Virus record (IMG/VR): IMGVR_UViG_3300028886_000059
Span: 32,001 to 96,000 of that record
Length of the DNA stretch: 64,000 bases
Reading direction: 5' to 3' (one strand)
Source of the DNA: a virus
Taxonomy: Duplodnaviria > Caudoviricetes
In this document: piece by piece, positions 40,249 to 50,786 of the stretch
How positions within the stretch are numbered: position 1 is the stretch's first letter
Layout: each line of letters starts with the position of its first letter
Program-made: the position numbers and the translations under genes
The notes under the pieces: model-generated
Told to the model about the DNA's origin: nothing
Databases searched by the model: none
What the model saw: only the letters and a program-made list of their open reading frames with translations

Positions 40249-40383
40249 AATCTTCTGTGCCTGTTTGTCATCAGTCGGCTCTTCTGTTCTAAATGTTGTT
40301 GTTTCTTTTTGTTGGTACAAAGGTAAGCAAATAAATTGAAACTACCAAATTTTTCAGCGAAAAAATAAGGTTATTTGCTTTAT
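40249..40383 (-). promoter_or_regulatory. Early-type promoter, operator pair and leader (near copy of 11398-11530)
   Basis: Near-identical repeat of the amidoligase upstream region. Confidence 0.75.
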
Positions 40384-40468
40384 TTAACAATTTAGCCAGC
40401 AAAAACAAAGAAAAAGGGGTGCAATATCGTTTTTTGCATCCCTATTATATATATGTATGGCTGAATTA

Positions 40469-40930
40469 TCAAATGTCGCTGAAATCCAGTGTGCAGTTAA
40501 GAGCCTGTGCAACACTGAGGAGAAAATCGCAGTCAGACTTGTATTTGCCGCGTTCCGCGCCGCATATTGCTGACCGCTTCGCGCCTATCATGTCTGCAAG
40601 CTGCTGCTCCGTAAGATGACGCTGCTTTCGCTTGTTGGCTATCTTTCGGCCAAGACGGATGCGCTTAATCATCCTGTCTTTCAAGAGCAAATCCTCATCA
40701 CCCTTTCGGGCTTCTGCCACAAAAGCAATCTCTGCCAGCACAGAGCCATCACCATCATAAACACGGTATGCTGGAACCTTCACCGTATTAAAGAAACTGA
40801 CCTTCGGCGGCTGTGGGAAATCCTTACAGTTCTCTGCATAGAACGGCTCTATCTGACCGTTACCCTCCGTGGCGAGCATCTGTGCAAGCCTGCGGGCATC
40901 ATCTTCGTAATATTCTGAATATCTTTCCAT
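40469..40930 (-). CDS. Protein with C-terminal XRE HTH
   Basis: LG.KI...RK...LT..QLA..IG..RS.I...E.GK. Confidence 0.75.
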   Translation of the reverse strand: MERYSEYYEDDARRLAQMLATEGNGQIEPFYAENCKDFPQPPKVSFFNTVKVPAYRVYDGDGSVLAEIAFVAEARKGDEDLLLKDRMIKRIRLGRKIANKRKQRHLTEQQLADMIGAKRSAICGAERGKYKSDCDFLLSVAQALNCTLDFSDI

Positions 40931-41012
40931 GTGCGGTTGAATTTTTGTGCAAATATAAAGTTATTTGCTTACATTTCCAAATTATATGCTGTTTTTTATA
41001 TCAAAATAACAT

Positions 41013-41450
41013 TTACGGCTTAATCATTCCTTTCTCCTCCAGTTTTTTGATAATCTTATCATAGACCGCATCGACATCCGCATGAAATTCTGAATAGATG
41101 TAATAATACATCTTCACGTTCCTGCAATTATGTGATATGAGCGTTTTCTTGCAGCCAGTGACTTTTGCGATTTTGTCACGTATGCCGCCACGCTTCATCT
41201 TCCGTCCGCAGAATGTTTCGGGTGAATACAGATACAGGATGATGAAAATGAACTTAGACCGCTGAATCGTGTTATTCAGCTGCTTGATGTTCGGATGAAG
41301 TTCACGCATCGCAGACAAGAACATGTCATAGATGTTTCCTATCAGCGACACATCTGACAAAGTAGGGCGCAGCAGATTTCTCTCTTCTTCAAGCATCTGT
41401 TGCTTCCTTTTCTGCAAAGATTCGATTTGGATAAAAAAATTTTTCAGCAT
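41013..41450 (-). CDS. Conserved Bacteroidales phage protein (possible DNA binding)
   Basis: FIFIILYLYSP....G..M..G.R..IA motif. Confidence 0.55.
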   Translation of the reverse strand: MLKNFFIQIESLQKRKQQMLEEERNLLRPTLSDVSLIGNIYDMFLSAMRELHPNIKQLNNTIQRSKFIFIILYLYSPETFCGRKMKRGGIRDKIAKVTGCKKTLISHNCRNVKMYYYIYSEFHADVDAVYDKIIKKLEEKGMIKP

Positions 41451-41726
41451 AAATTTGGATATTTACTACAAAACTTGTAACTTTGCAACGTCGAGTAATT
41501 CGGGGGATGGAATACGCAAGTATCTGCCCCCTTTTTTATTCTTCGCTGTTGTTCAGTTCATCACTATCTCCCTCCCTGTAAGACAGGTTTATTTTCACCT
41601 TCTTACCTAACTCCTTCTTATACTGACGGCACAACTCAGAACGTTTCTGTTCCAAGTTGTCCGTCAGAATATCGCAGAAGCGGGTTTTCAGGACACCGCC
41701 GCTGCCATCAGTAACCATAATTCTCG

Positions 41727-42482
41727 TTATCTTGAACATATTCCAAGTTTTTTCTTTTCAAGTTCAATCAATGTAAGGATGCAATAGTTGGCCGCATCCA
41801 TCAGCGAGTCATTGATGCTTTCCTGCTTGACCTGCCCTTGCGTCTCGGAAAGAACCTTGATTCGGTTTATCTTCTCCTTGAGGTGCATAAGGGCATAGGT
41901 CATTCCGTATTCCGCAAACAATTCAGCAAACGAATTGCCGTAGTCGTGATTCTTGGCCTTGAATGTGTCGGCCATCCATTCGGTGATACGCTTGAATCGG
42001 TCTGCATCGGTCATGTTCAGTTCAAAGTCGCGGATGTTCTTTTCTACCAGCTTTGCAATCTGACTACTTTGAAAATAAGGGATAACCTTGTTATCACTTT
42101 TCAGTTGAGGATATTTCTCCATAAACTCCAGTGCTGCATCCTTGCTGTTAAACAGAAGAACGGAAAGGTCATGCGCACTGCCCATGTGCATTGCTCCATT
42201 CTCGTCAATACGCTGGAATACATAATCGTGCATGTTCTTTCTGTAGCCTATCACCCATGCGTCAGGTCGAAGGTCGCCGATTCTGATGATTTCCTCATCC
42301 TTTGCGTAGTGCCGTGCATCATCGCGGCTTATGAACTTGAAGGCCAGTTCGATGTCATTTGTATAGCTGCCCTGAGACTGCATGAATGCCGTCTTGCAGC
42401 GTTGTGTTTCCCCATCAAACTGGCAGTCAACAACAACAAATAAATTGTCTAACAGGTATTCTTTCTTTTCCATAACTGTCAT
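41727..42482 (-). CDS. Protein with C-terminal DUF1599 (nucleotide-modification-associated) domain
   Basis: KNHDYGNSF...EK..R...ESI.DSL.D.ANY. Confidence 0.75.
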   Translation of the reverse strand: MTVMEKKEYLLDNLFVVVDCQFDGETQRCKTAFMQSQGSYTNDIELAFKFISRDDARHYAKDEEIIRIGDLRPDAWVIGYRKNMHDYVFQRIDENGAMHMGSAHDLSVLLFNSKDAALEFMEKYPQLKSDNKVIPYFQSSQIAKLVEKNIRDFELNMTDADRFKRITEWMADTFKAKNHDYGNSFAELFAEYGMTYALMHLKEKINRIKVLSETQGQVKQESINDSLMDAANYCILTLIELEKKKLGICSR

Positions 42483-43111
42483 TTCGTACCTGTACTGCCA
42501 AAGCCGCCGTCACCGCGCTCACTTTCATCCAGCTTATCCACCAACAGAAGTTCTGTTTCAGGAACAGGCAGAATGGCCATCTGCGCAATCTTATATCCAT
42601 TTGCCAGCGTCACCATCGAATTGTCAACAGCACCGCTTTCATCCTTTCTGTAAGGCTTCGGAACACGGTTATCAACGATGCAGCCGACGATGCCACGGTA
42701 GCCTGCATCCACGATACCAGTCTTGACCTCGGCATTGATTCGCCTTTGATTGATGTTTTCCAGCCCCTTCGACATATTGCCGCTTCTTGAGCGGATGTAT
42801 GCACAATAGCCTTTCGGCAGCTGAATCCTGAATCCCAGCGGTATCTGCTGACGGCCATGCCGCAAGACTATTTCCTTCGGAAGATACAGGTCATAGCAGG
42901 CATCATCTTCATGCGATTTGACTGGCATTACACCGCCATCTTCCAACACTATCTTTATGCCTACTGGCATATCATGGCTTCTTCGCCATTCATCAAGCCG
43001 CCATATAGAAGGGATTACAAACAATGCCACAAGCACAGACATGGCAACTACAATGATAAACACTCCAATACTACTTAGTTCCATTTTCGATAATTGATGT
43101 TTTTGTTTCAC
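42479..43111 (-). CDS. dut: dUTPase (trimeric) with predicted N-terminal TM segment
   Basis: ACYDL, RSG, GIVDAGYRG, KIAQ, ERGDGGFGSTG. Confidence 0.92.
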   Translation of the reverse strand: MKQKHQLSKMELSSIGVFIIVVAMSVLVALFVIPSIWRLDEWRRSHDMPVGIKIVLEDGGVMPVKSHEDDACYDLYLPKEIVLRHGRQQIPLGFRIQLPKGYCAYIRSRSGNMSKGLENINQRRINAEVKTGIVDAGYRGIVGCIVDNRVPKPYRKDESGAVDNSMVTLANGYKIAQMAILPVPETELLLVDKLDESERGDGGFGSTGTK

Positions 43112-43421
43112 TAAATCTTTCCTTCAATTTCACGCAGAAGGATTTCGCGTCGTAATACACGGATTCGACATACCAAAGCGACTGCCTGAATCCGTTTCTT
43201 AACTGGATGGTATCAAACGGATAGCACACCCATTCGTTATTGTTATTGAAACACTCCCAGCATTCCTGCCTGTCATGCACCAAACACATATCAGACGGAA
43301 TCGTTGTCTTTGCGCTGTAGCATAGACGCTTTATCCAGTGTGCATTGAACGGGATGCGTACAATCCCACCAGCCTTGATGGAATCATACTCACCCTTTGT
43401 CATTTGATAATAGAGCCTCAT
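43071..43421 (-). CDS. Divergent ASCH-like protein
   Basis: YDSIKAG...WIKRL...PFDTI...NG pattern. Confidence 0.4.
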   Translation of the reverse strand: MRLYYQMTKGEYDSIKAGGIVRIPFNAHWIKRLCYSAKTTIPSDMCLVHDRQECWECFNNNNEWVCYPFDTIQLRNGFRQSLWYVESVYYDAKSFCVKLKERFSETKTSIIENGTK

Positions 43422-43699
43422 TGTTCCGAAATCTTTTGTCTCACAACCTTGTCTATTGCCCTATTCATACACACAGTAAACATCCTGTCGGCAATCATAA
43501 GAATTGCAGCATAGGATGACATGAAAGCCGCCAATCCGTACTTCCAGCCATAGAACAACGTCACAGCCACACCGATAACGCCAGCAAGCATCAGCAATAT
43601 GGCTGCAAGCATGAATTTTCTGTGATAGGCGTAGATATAGATTCCCAGCTTATCCTCATCTGTGATTTTGCACTTCAATTCGTACATCAGTTTCATAGA

Positions 43700-44185
43700 C
43701 TATTGCTCGTATTCGGGCTTATCGTCCTTTTCCTTCTTCTGATACTCAAACACATCCATAATGTTCGTTTCCGAGACAGATGCGATAACATAGTCTATCA
43801 TCGTGCCGCCCATGACTTCATCAATGGCCTTAACAGCACTGTTGAAGCTGCCAGCCTGCACAAGATAGCAGCAGTTCGTCCGTTTCTCCTTTTCCGTCTT
43901 TTCATCAATCGTGATGAATTGCAGCTTGGCCTTATACCAGCGGTCTGCCATTTCGTCATCGTTGAAGAAAATCTCCTTGAACGGACATTTCTTCATGTCA
44001 TCAACCGTGAACTCACCGCTGATATACGCGGACATTTCCTCAATCATGCGGCCTTCGCCCTCAGTGAACGAAAGCGCATCGACAACGTAGTTTTCAGACA
44101 CTTTCTTCTGCAAACCATCTTCCATTGTCTTTTCATACCGAATCTTTACATTAAACCATTCGGCGGTTCTACTTCTGTAAGCCAT
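43700..44185 (-). CDS. DUF4494 protein
   Basis: WF..KIRYEK..EDG.QKKV.E.YVVDALSFTE. Confidence 0.85.
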   Translation of the reverse strand: MAYRSRTAEWFNVKIRYEKTMEDGLQKKVSENYVVDALSFTEGEGRMIEEMSAYISGEFTVDDMKKCPFKEIFFNDDEMADRWYKAKLQFITIDEKTEKEKRTNCCYLVQAGSFNSAVKAIDEVMGGTMIDYVIASVSETNIMDVFEYQKKEKDDKPEYEQ

Positions 44186-44190
44186 AATCT

Positions 44191-44724
44191 TTAATCTTCT
44201 TGTTTGTTAGACTTCATGTATTTAATTCTCTCGTTTACATAGTATTCCAAATCCACGTCTTCCGACTTCGCCCAGCTGATAACAAATCCTGTCATCATAA
44301 TCACGCGCTTTTTGATAGGAACTACAGACATTACCAGCTTCGCAAATGAAAAACAGTTGTTGTTGAACGTGAACTCCGTGAAATTGCGCCTAAATTCAGG
44401 CTCCAGTGCCTCAAAGTTCATTTCCTTTGCAGCGGCCAAATCCAAGATACCCAGCATCAGGTCTGCAAACCTTTCTTCTGTTGAGCATCGGATATAGAGC
44501 CTGTAGTTCTTTACGGAATTTGGCTTCTTGAACAGGCTGCGCTCATTATTGAAATGCTCGTAACTGCCACGGTCTGCAATCCGCTTCAACTTCACCGCGA
44601 TTCGCAGGGCTGTAAGATAATCCAGCAGCCTGACCAATCCCTCGCCGATGTCGGCCTTATTCCATTTGTCGGCATTCAGCTTATGTATTTCCTTTGATAA
44701 TTCTTCCAGTTGTTGCTTAGTCAT
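44191..44724 (-). CDS. Degenerate MazG-like protein
   Basis: EE.FAD....LDL...DLEYYV...IKY pattern. Confidence 0.4.
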   Translation of the reverse strand: MTKQQLEELSKEIHKLNADKWNKADIGEGLVRLLDYLTALRIAVKLKRIADRGSYEHFNNERSLFKKPNSVKNYRLYIRCSTEERFADLMLGILDLAAAKEMNFEALEPEFRRNFTEFTFNNNCFSFAKLVMSVVPIKKRVIMMTGFVISWAKSEDVDLEYYVNERIKYMKSNKQED

Positions 44725-45566
44725 TGGTTCATATAGTTTTCGACGTAGGCATCACGCAGATGCTTGATGACCTCTCCGACATCATCAGCCCTTACATTCC
44801 ACCTCCCATCATTGTTTGATACCTGAAACAGCGGCATACCACAAACCACTATCTCGTTTATTAACTCGCCTTTTTCACCAGTCCTACAGGTAGGATAGAT
44901 GTTTTGGTTGGCCTCTTCCGTAGCACGTTTCCGTTTGTCTGCCAACCTTTTCTCCTTGAAATAGTTGCCTATTGACTTCAATTTAGCCTCCATGATTATT
45001 TGTTTAACTTTTCAAAATTCTTGCCCCAGCTGTCTGACTTCCGCTTGCTGATGATAGACTTGGCCTTGTTTTTCATCATCTGATACATGTTATCGACCCT
45101 AACGCCCCATTCGTTATCTTCAAGGTACTGTGAGTTTTCACCCCAATACTTCATCTTGGCCTGAATAACTTCCGAAAGTTCCTTTAGGTCATCGTGCATT
45201 TCATAGTTCAGTGTCTTGTCTGTACGATGAAGCACGTCGTTAATGTCTAACAGGCAGGACTCCACGATGTCAATAGCCATGAACAGCGTCACGTTCAGGA
45301 TGCTGATTTCTTCCTTATCTTCTTTCGGAATATCCAAATCCTTGAAATCAATCTCCTCACATTCGGCATTGACTTCATCGAGGTAAGCCTGCACGACAGT
45401 ACCGAAAAGGACTTCAATCATCTTTCCGATAGACAAGGCAGCATTATACTCCTTCTTCTGCTGGAGAAGATACTGTTGCGTCCGTAACCCCTTGACTTGC
45501 GGCTCTTCTTCAAACTTCTTGCGAATCATGGCCATCATGTCCGCTGGTATGTCCTTTGCTTCCATA

Positions 45567-46121
45567 TCAGAATTTCAATGTTTGCTGTTCACCGACAATC
45601 TGTTTCTTTCGCATATCCCAATACCTGCACGATGCCAGCCTTGCGACCGTCAGCCTTTCTTCAAGGAACAGCTTACGCGCACCACTGCGATTACTTAGCT
45701 TTTTCGGCTCGTAGCTGAGATAGCCACGTTCATCATACCAAATAACAGCAGGGTAGAACTGCGTCACGCGGTTTTCAAATTCGCTTTCGTGGTTGTAGAG
45801 CAAGCCTATCTTTTTCCATTCAGCCTGAAACAACTCCAACGCCTTTTCACGTATCGACTTTGGCAGGCAGTAATAGAATCTATACACCTTTTCGTCATTG
45901 TGAAAGATGTCTTTCTTGAAGTCTGCCCGCAAATCCTCGATTGAACGCTTGATTTCTATTTCCGTCAGATAGCCGCTTTTGTTGACGATGGCGAGGTCTG
46001 CCTCATGATTCAGCAAGCCCCATGACAGGTTAGGGATGATGATGTCATTCCGTACACTGGCCATGCCCGAACCGAATATCAGCGCGTTTTCTATGTCACG
46101 CACACTTAGATTCGTGTCCAT
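45567..46121 (-). CDS. PD-(D/E)XK nuclease-like protein (MmcB-like)
   Basis: HEADL......YLTEIEIK.S..DL.ADF.K. Confidence 0.7.
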   Translation of the reverse strand: MDTNLSVRDIENALIFGSGMASVRNDIIIPNLSWGLLNHEADLAIVNKSGYLTEIEIKRSIEDLRADFKKDIFHNDEKVYRFYYCLPKSIREKALELFQAEWKKIGLLYNHESEFENRVTQFYPAVIWYDERGYLSYEPKKLSNRSGARKLFLEERLTVARLASCRYWDMRKKQIVGEQQTLKF

Positions 46122-46336
46122 ATCCTACTGCTTGACGAATATCACATTCTTTCTGTCCTTTCGCTTGTCAGCCTTGCATTCACCGTGATAGTTCCACACG
46201 TTCATGCGGTTGCAGTGCTGATGACGATAGAAACAGCCATCACAACTCTTAATTTCTGACTCCTTGACCTGCAAAGAAACCGACCTGTTTCTGTCTGTGC
46301 GGTCATTGTAAACTTCACCAATTTGCCTTTCCATAA

Positions 46337-46873
46337 TTATATAGTTTTGAATTTATAACCATGCACAGTGCCGTTTCTTGAAAGCGCACCCGATATTTGA
46401 TTCTTCGGGATGCCGAGGTCAACGGCTGCGGCCTTGATAGACGGGTATTCCTTCCCTGTTGTGACACAAAGGACTGGCTTTCTTACTACCACCTTGCCGA
46501 ACCTGCAATTAGGGTCATGCACCAGCCTGTAAGCCGTCTGCCTGTACTGCTCTTTTCGCTTTTGCCGACTTTCCTCCGACCATTCCGACATGGGCTTGAA
46601 TGTTGACGTGCCTTTCTTCATCGGCTGTGTGTACTTCGTGCGCTTATATGCCAGTTCATGCGTCCTGCCCTCAAGCCATAACTTATGATACTCGTCGTTA
46701 TACATCCATTTCAGGCCATAGTACAGATGACCAGTCTTGCAGGCATCGCTAATCTTGCCTGCTGTCAGGTTGTATTTCCGTGCCGCATCGACTATCCTTT
46801 CAAAATAGCCGCACATCGAACCGTCAGCATCAACGGCCACGATGTCCTTTGTTCGTTTGTCTTTCTTTTCCAT
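46337..46873 (-). CDS. NUMOD1-type DNA-binding repeat protein
   Basis: KPV.C.TTG.EY.SIK.AA..LG motif in two copies; ATG 46873 lies 2 nt after the tRNA-like RNA. Confidence 0.65.
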   Translation of the reverse strand: MEKKDKRTKDIVAVDADGSMCGYFERIVDAARKYNLTAGKISDACKTGHLYYGLKWMYNDEYHKLWLEGRTHELAYKRTKYTQPMKKGTSTFKPMSEWSEESRQKRKEQYRQTAYRLVHDPNCRFGKVVVRKPVLCVTTGKEYPSIKAAAVDLGIPKNQISGALSRNGTVHGYKFKTI

Positions 46874-46875
46874 AG

Positions 46876-47016
46876 TCGAGGGAGCAGGGCTCGAACCTGC
46901 GACACACACAATCCATGTGTAACTTCATGTATGCGAGGCTGCTATTCTTGCGCTCGTATTTACAGCCATCCTCCCGTTCCATATACGGGTGTGCTAACCA
47001 ACTACACCATCCCTCT
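46876..47016 (-). ncRNA. tRNA-like RNA with a 72-nt variable region (anticodon position ATG)
   Basis: Complete acceptor, D, anticodon and T arms; insert spans 46901-46972. Confidence 0.7.
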
Positions 47017-47513
47017 GTTTTCAAAAATGGCGGCGGGTTGCGCTACCAACCTCTGCGCCCTGCATGACGGTAGAATCACACACCTTCAAGTTCATAGGTG
47101 TTTCTTTCCAAACGTATTGCAATGCAGGTTTTACCGCTATAGGACATACCTAACCACCGAATAACTTAATTTTTTATCAATCGTATGAACATGTAACCAT
47201 TTCCCACCCTTCAACCCTTGCACTCCCATTTAGCTGGCGGTCTGTGTCTGTAACCCGCCATCGTATTTGAATCGGGAGGTGTCATTGTAATGTATTCCGT
47301 AACGAATAGCATCAGCGTCGTTTCAGAATTGATTGGCAGCATTGTGAAACACGCCGTTTCAGCAGCATCGAAATGCAATGACTTTGCTACTACCGCCGTT
47401 TTCTTTCCGTCACCGTATAACGGTCTTGCTTCGGCGGTGAACATCAGACTGGCGAGAAATGCAGTCACCAAAAAGAGATTCATTTTCATGAGCAAACGTA
47501 GTTTTTTTAGTTA

Positions 47514-48332
47514 TTAAATTGCCGAACTGAAAAGATTCGGCTGAATATTCTCTTCTATAAACTTGCAGGCTTCCCGATAGAAATTCTTGTCTATTTCAAA
47601 GCCGTAAGCCTTACGCCCAAGATTCGCGGCTGCAAGCAACGTCGAGCCACTGCCAGCCACGGGGTCAATCACAACATCGTCGGGGTCTGTGAACAGTTCT
47701 ATCAGACGCTCCAGCAGCGCAATGGGCTTTTGTGTAGGATGGATTTTCTTCACGCGGGTTTCACGGGGAAATTCCATACAGTTGAAAACCATATTGCCAT
47801 TGTTGTTGAACTTCGGCAACCTGTCACGGTACAGGACTAATCCCCATTCCGTATTTCCGACAATCTTCATGTTTGCCTTGAGCACCTGTGCCGAATAGTT
47901 CTTTCTGAACACCAACGGTATGTATTTTGCAAGGCCATAACGCTTTCCAAGGTCAATGAAATATTGAAGCTGGTCAAACGCACAGAACAGAACCATGCAC
48001 GGCGACTGGCTTTTCATCTTACTGCCGACCTTCGGGGCGTTTTCAAGTTCCTCTTCACTGACACCGTTTTTCGGCTCTTTACGCAGCATGTGTGAGCAAA
48101 AGTGCATAAACTCAGCTGGCCTGAAATTATTGTCAGTGTTGAAGAACTGCTTGCCTGCAAGTTCCGATTCGCCGTTTTGGTTGTCACCGTCATTATACCA
48201 TGCAGGATTGCTGGCATAGGCGTTATTACCCAAATTATAAGGTACGTCGGCTATTATCAGCTGTGCCTTTTGCAGTTGATAACTGCGAAAATTTTGAAAG
48301 CTATCATTAAATAATTCTATATTCTTTGCCAT
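47514..48332 (-). CDS. DNA N6-A/N4-C methyltransferase (beta class)
   Basis: ADVPY, HPTQKP, DPVAGSGST. Confidence 0.9.
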   Translation of the reverse strand: MAKNIELFNDSFQNFRSYQLQKAQLIIADVPYNLGNNAYASNPAWYNDGDNQNGESELAGKQFFNTDNNFRPAEFMHFCSHMLRKEPKNGVSEEELENAPKVGSKMKSQSPCMVLFCAFDQLQYFIDLGKRYGLAKYIPLVFRKNYSAQVLKANMKIVGNTEWGLVLYRDRLPKFNNNGNMVFNCMEFPRETRVKKIHPTQKPIALLERLIELFTDPDDVVIDPVAGSGSTLLAAANLGRKAYGFEIDKNFYREACKFIEENIQPNLFSSAI

Positions 48333-48349
48333 TCCATTATTTTCTTGTT

Positions 48350-49033
48350 TTACATATCAAACATATCAAGCTGTTTTGCCACCCTGCCATCTTTCAGTAC
48401 CACCTCGCCATGACAGATTTCATTGAATCGTTTCTCCTGTTCGCCATAATACTCATCATCTATTTCCGTGGCGTAGAAGTCAAATCCAAGCCTGTAGGCT
48501 GCAATGCGACTGCTGCCACTACCCAAGAACGGGTCAAAGATGACATCACCCTTTTGTGCGTAGTTTTTCAGAATCCACGCATATAAGGCTATCGGCTTCT
48601 GCGTAGGATGTATGCGCGTTTCCTCGTTGTTCTGCTTCGTGGCCGCATACCTGAATATCTTTGCCGTCCTGTCCGTGAACGTAGTCAATGCCAGTTCACA
48701 CATGGCAAAAGACAATCCTTCGGGCTGTGCCTTATCCCACACAATCCACGCCTTTGAATCAACGGGTATTTCCGAAATGAAATGGTTTGCACCGAACACT
48801 ATCAGATTCTTGGATATTCGCAGCATTTCGTCGAAATACTCCTTTACTGGCGGTGTCCTATCCCATTCCTTGTATGCACGTCCTTTCTCCTTGCAGATTC
48901 TTCCGCTGGAGTTGATGTCTATGCCATAAGGCGGGTCGGCAATGGTAAGGCTGAAATGTTTGTCGGGCAAAGTTTTCATGTAAGACAGGCAATCCATCTT
49001 GAAAACTTTACTTATAGGTTCATTTTCTACCAT
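48350..49033 (-). CDS. DNA N6-A/N4-C methyltransferase (beta class)
   Basis: DPPY, HPTQKP, DPFLGSGS. Confidence 0.92.
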   Translation of the reverse strand: MVENEPISKVFKMDCLSYMKTLPDKHFSLTIADPPYGIDINSSGRICKEKGRAYKEWDRTPPVKEYFDEMLRISKNLIVFGANHFISEIPVDSKAWIVWDKAQPEGLSFAMCELALTTFTDRTAKIFRYAATKQNNEETRIHPTQKPIALYAWILKNYAQKGDVIFDPFLGSGSSRIAAYRLGFDFYATEIDDEYYGEQEKRFNEICHGEVVLKDGRVAKQLDMFDM

Positions 49034-49362
49034 TTTATTCTAAGTGTTCCAATATTGTTGTGTTTATACTTATACTCCACGTCAGGATGCTCATCCTTAT
49101 ATCGTCGCTGACATGCCCTGCAATACGGCTGTCTGCCATCCTTTGCCTTTCGGGATAGATTGAACAGGTTGAACGGCAAAACCTTTCCGCAATATGGGCA
49201 TCGCTTCTTTTTCTGCGTGAAGTCCATATCTTCAAACGGCAAAACTTGTTCTATGACTTTCTGCCGTTTTAGCGGCATCTGTATGATTTGCTTGCGTTCC
49301 GTTCTGCGTCTGAATAAGTCGAGCGTCAGCTGTCTGTGTTTGTAGATTCGCCGTCGTTTCAT
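49027..49362 (-). CDS. Zn-finger protein
   Basis: CPYCG..LP...F......KDG.Q.YC..C. Confidence 0.55.
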   Translation of the reverse strand: MKRRRIYKHRQLTLDLFRRRTERKQIIQMPLKRQKVIEQVLPFEDMDFTQKKKRCPYCGKVLPFNLFNLSRKAKDGRQPYCRACQRRYKDEHPDVEYKYKHNNIGTLRIKW

Positions 49363-49610
49363 TTTTCTTACATCTGTTTTTACGATACCATTCTCGGTGA
49401 TATGCCCTGCGTCTTTCCACATCATGCTGAAACTTAACCTTCGGTGGCTTTGATAGCATTTCAACACTACGTCTTTCCTTCGCCTTGGCCAGTATGTTAT
49501 CACGGTTAGCGATGTAATATTCATGCCATTTGGCCAACCGCTCGTCACGGTTTCGCATATACCGCTCATGGTCGAGCCGTTTTCTTCTTTCCTTCGATGT
49601 CTCTGTCATC

Positions 49611-50786
49611 CTATATCCTCCTGTCCTTTGTAACCTTCCATACTTCCGCAAGCGGTGAGAGGTCGATTCTGTTTACCATCAGCTTGACCTCTTCGGGTGC
49701 TTTCTCGTAATAGAAGAAATCCCCTCGCTGCTTGTGCAGCCTTAACATTCGCTTGCAAGTGGCTGTGAAGTTCAAAACAGGCTTCCCAGCAACGATGCGG
49801 GTCAAAAGCAATGCTGCCGCCTGTCTTGATGCCGTCAACGTCCTGTCCTTTCCGAATTTCAAGGTATGTGCGCAATAGTATGCCATGTGTGGCAACAACC
49901 GCTGTGTTAAGTACTCGCAAATCGGCTTGATGTCCTTTGTCTGATGGTAGTCGTAAAGCAAAACGGATTCTTCCGCTGCATTGACAATAATCTCGTCGAT
50001 GCAAGCCGCTTCATCCTTGTGCTGTTCCATTCTCCACCAGTCAGCCTTGTTGTCAGTCGGCCTAATCTTGCCTTGCTTGACGGCTTTCAGCCAGTTCACG
50101 CAGTCATCCCTGTCCTTTGAGCGGTATCTGTAACGCTGGCCGCTGATGGTGATTTCTGCCCTCCAGCAATCCTTAAAAACTCGCTTTCCGTTTTTCAACC
50201 CTTTCGATGCGTTGTCGTAGTAGATAGTACCTGTGCTTTTTCGTCCGAACTTGTTCTCAGAATCATACATATTGATGTTTTTCTCGTCTGCATAATCCTG
50301 TAACGAATCCAAATGTTCGGGATGCTTATCTGCTTTTTTCGTTTTGGGCTTGGTATATGACTTATTCCTGACTGGCTTTTGTTCAGCTGGAGGTTCTGTT
50401 TTGACAGGTTTTGACTCCAACGATGCAGCTTTTGACGGCTTGTTTGACTTTTTTTGACGGGTTTTTGATTCAACTTTTGACTTTTTCGGTTTTTTGTCGG
50501 TCAAAACTTCCTTATCGGGATGCAATAGGTCGCCATGATACAGGTCTGTTGATTCTGCCCACCTGAACATGTGTTCCATACATGAACGGGCTTTCACCTT
50601 TCTGTCATGTGGCTGCTCTGAACACGCGCACCATAAAGACAATGTGAAATCGCTGACCTCTTCAATATCCGTGTTTGCGTACTTCCTTAATATCACTGAC
50701 TGCATACTTTGCAGGCTTGACGACGCAAAGCGTTTCCATTCGGGCAGATTGCCCCACATTTGATACAGCTGTTTTATTGTCACCAT
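49611..50786 (-). CDS. Large basic hypothetical protein, possible AP2-like DNA-binding domain
   Basis: G.IY...WRAEI.I.G.RYR segment. Confidence 0.5.
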   Translation of the reverse strand: MVTIKQLYQMWGNLPEWKRFASSSLQSMQSVILRKYANTDIEEVSDFTLSLWCACSEQPHDRKVKARSCMEHMFRWAESTDLYHGDLLHPDKEVLTDKKPKKSKVESKTRQKKSNKPSKAASLESKPVKTEPPAEQKPVRNKSYTKPKTKKADKHPEHLDSLQDYADEKNINMYDSENKFGRKSTGTIYYDNASKGLKNGKRVFKDCWRAEITISGQRYRYRSKDRDDCVNWLKAVKQGKIRPTDNKADWWRMEQHKDEAACIDEIIVNAAEESVLLYDYHQTKDIKPICEYLTQRLLPHMAYYCAHTLKFGKDRTLTASRQAAALLLTRIVAGKPVLNFTATCKRMLRLHKQRGDFFYYEKAPEEVKLMVNRIDLSPLAEVWKVTKDRRI

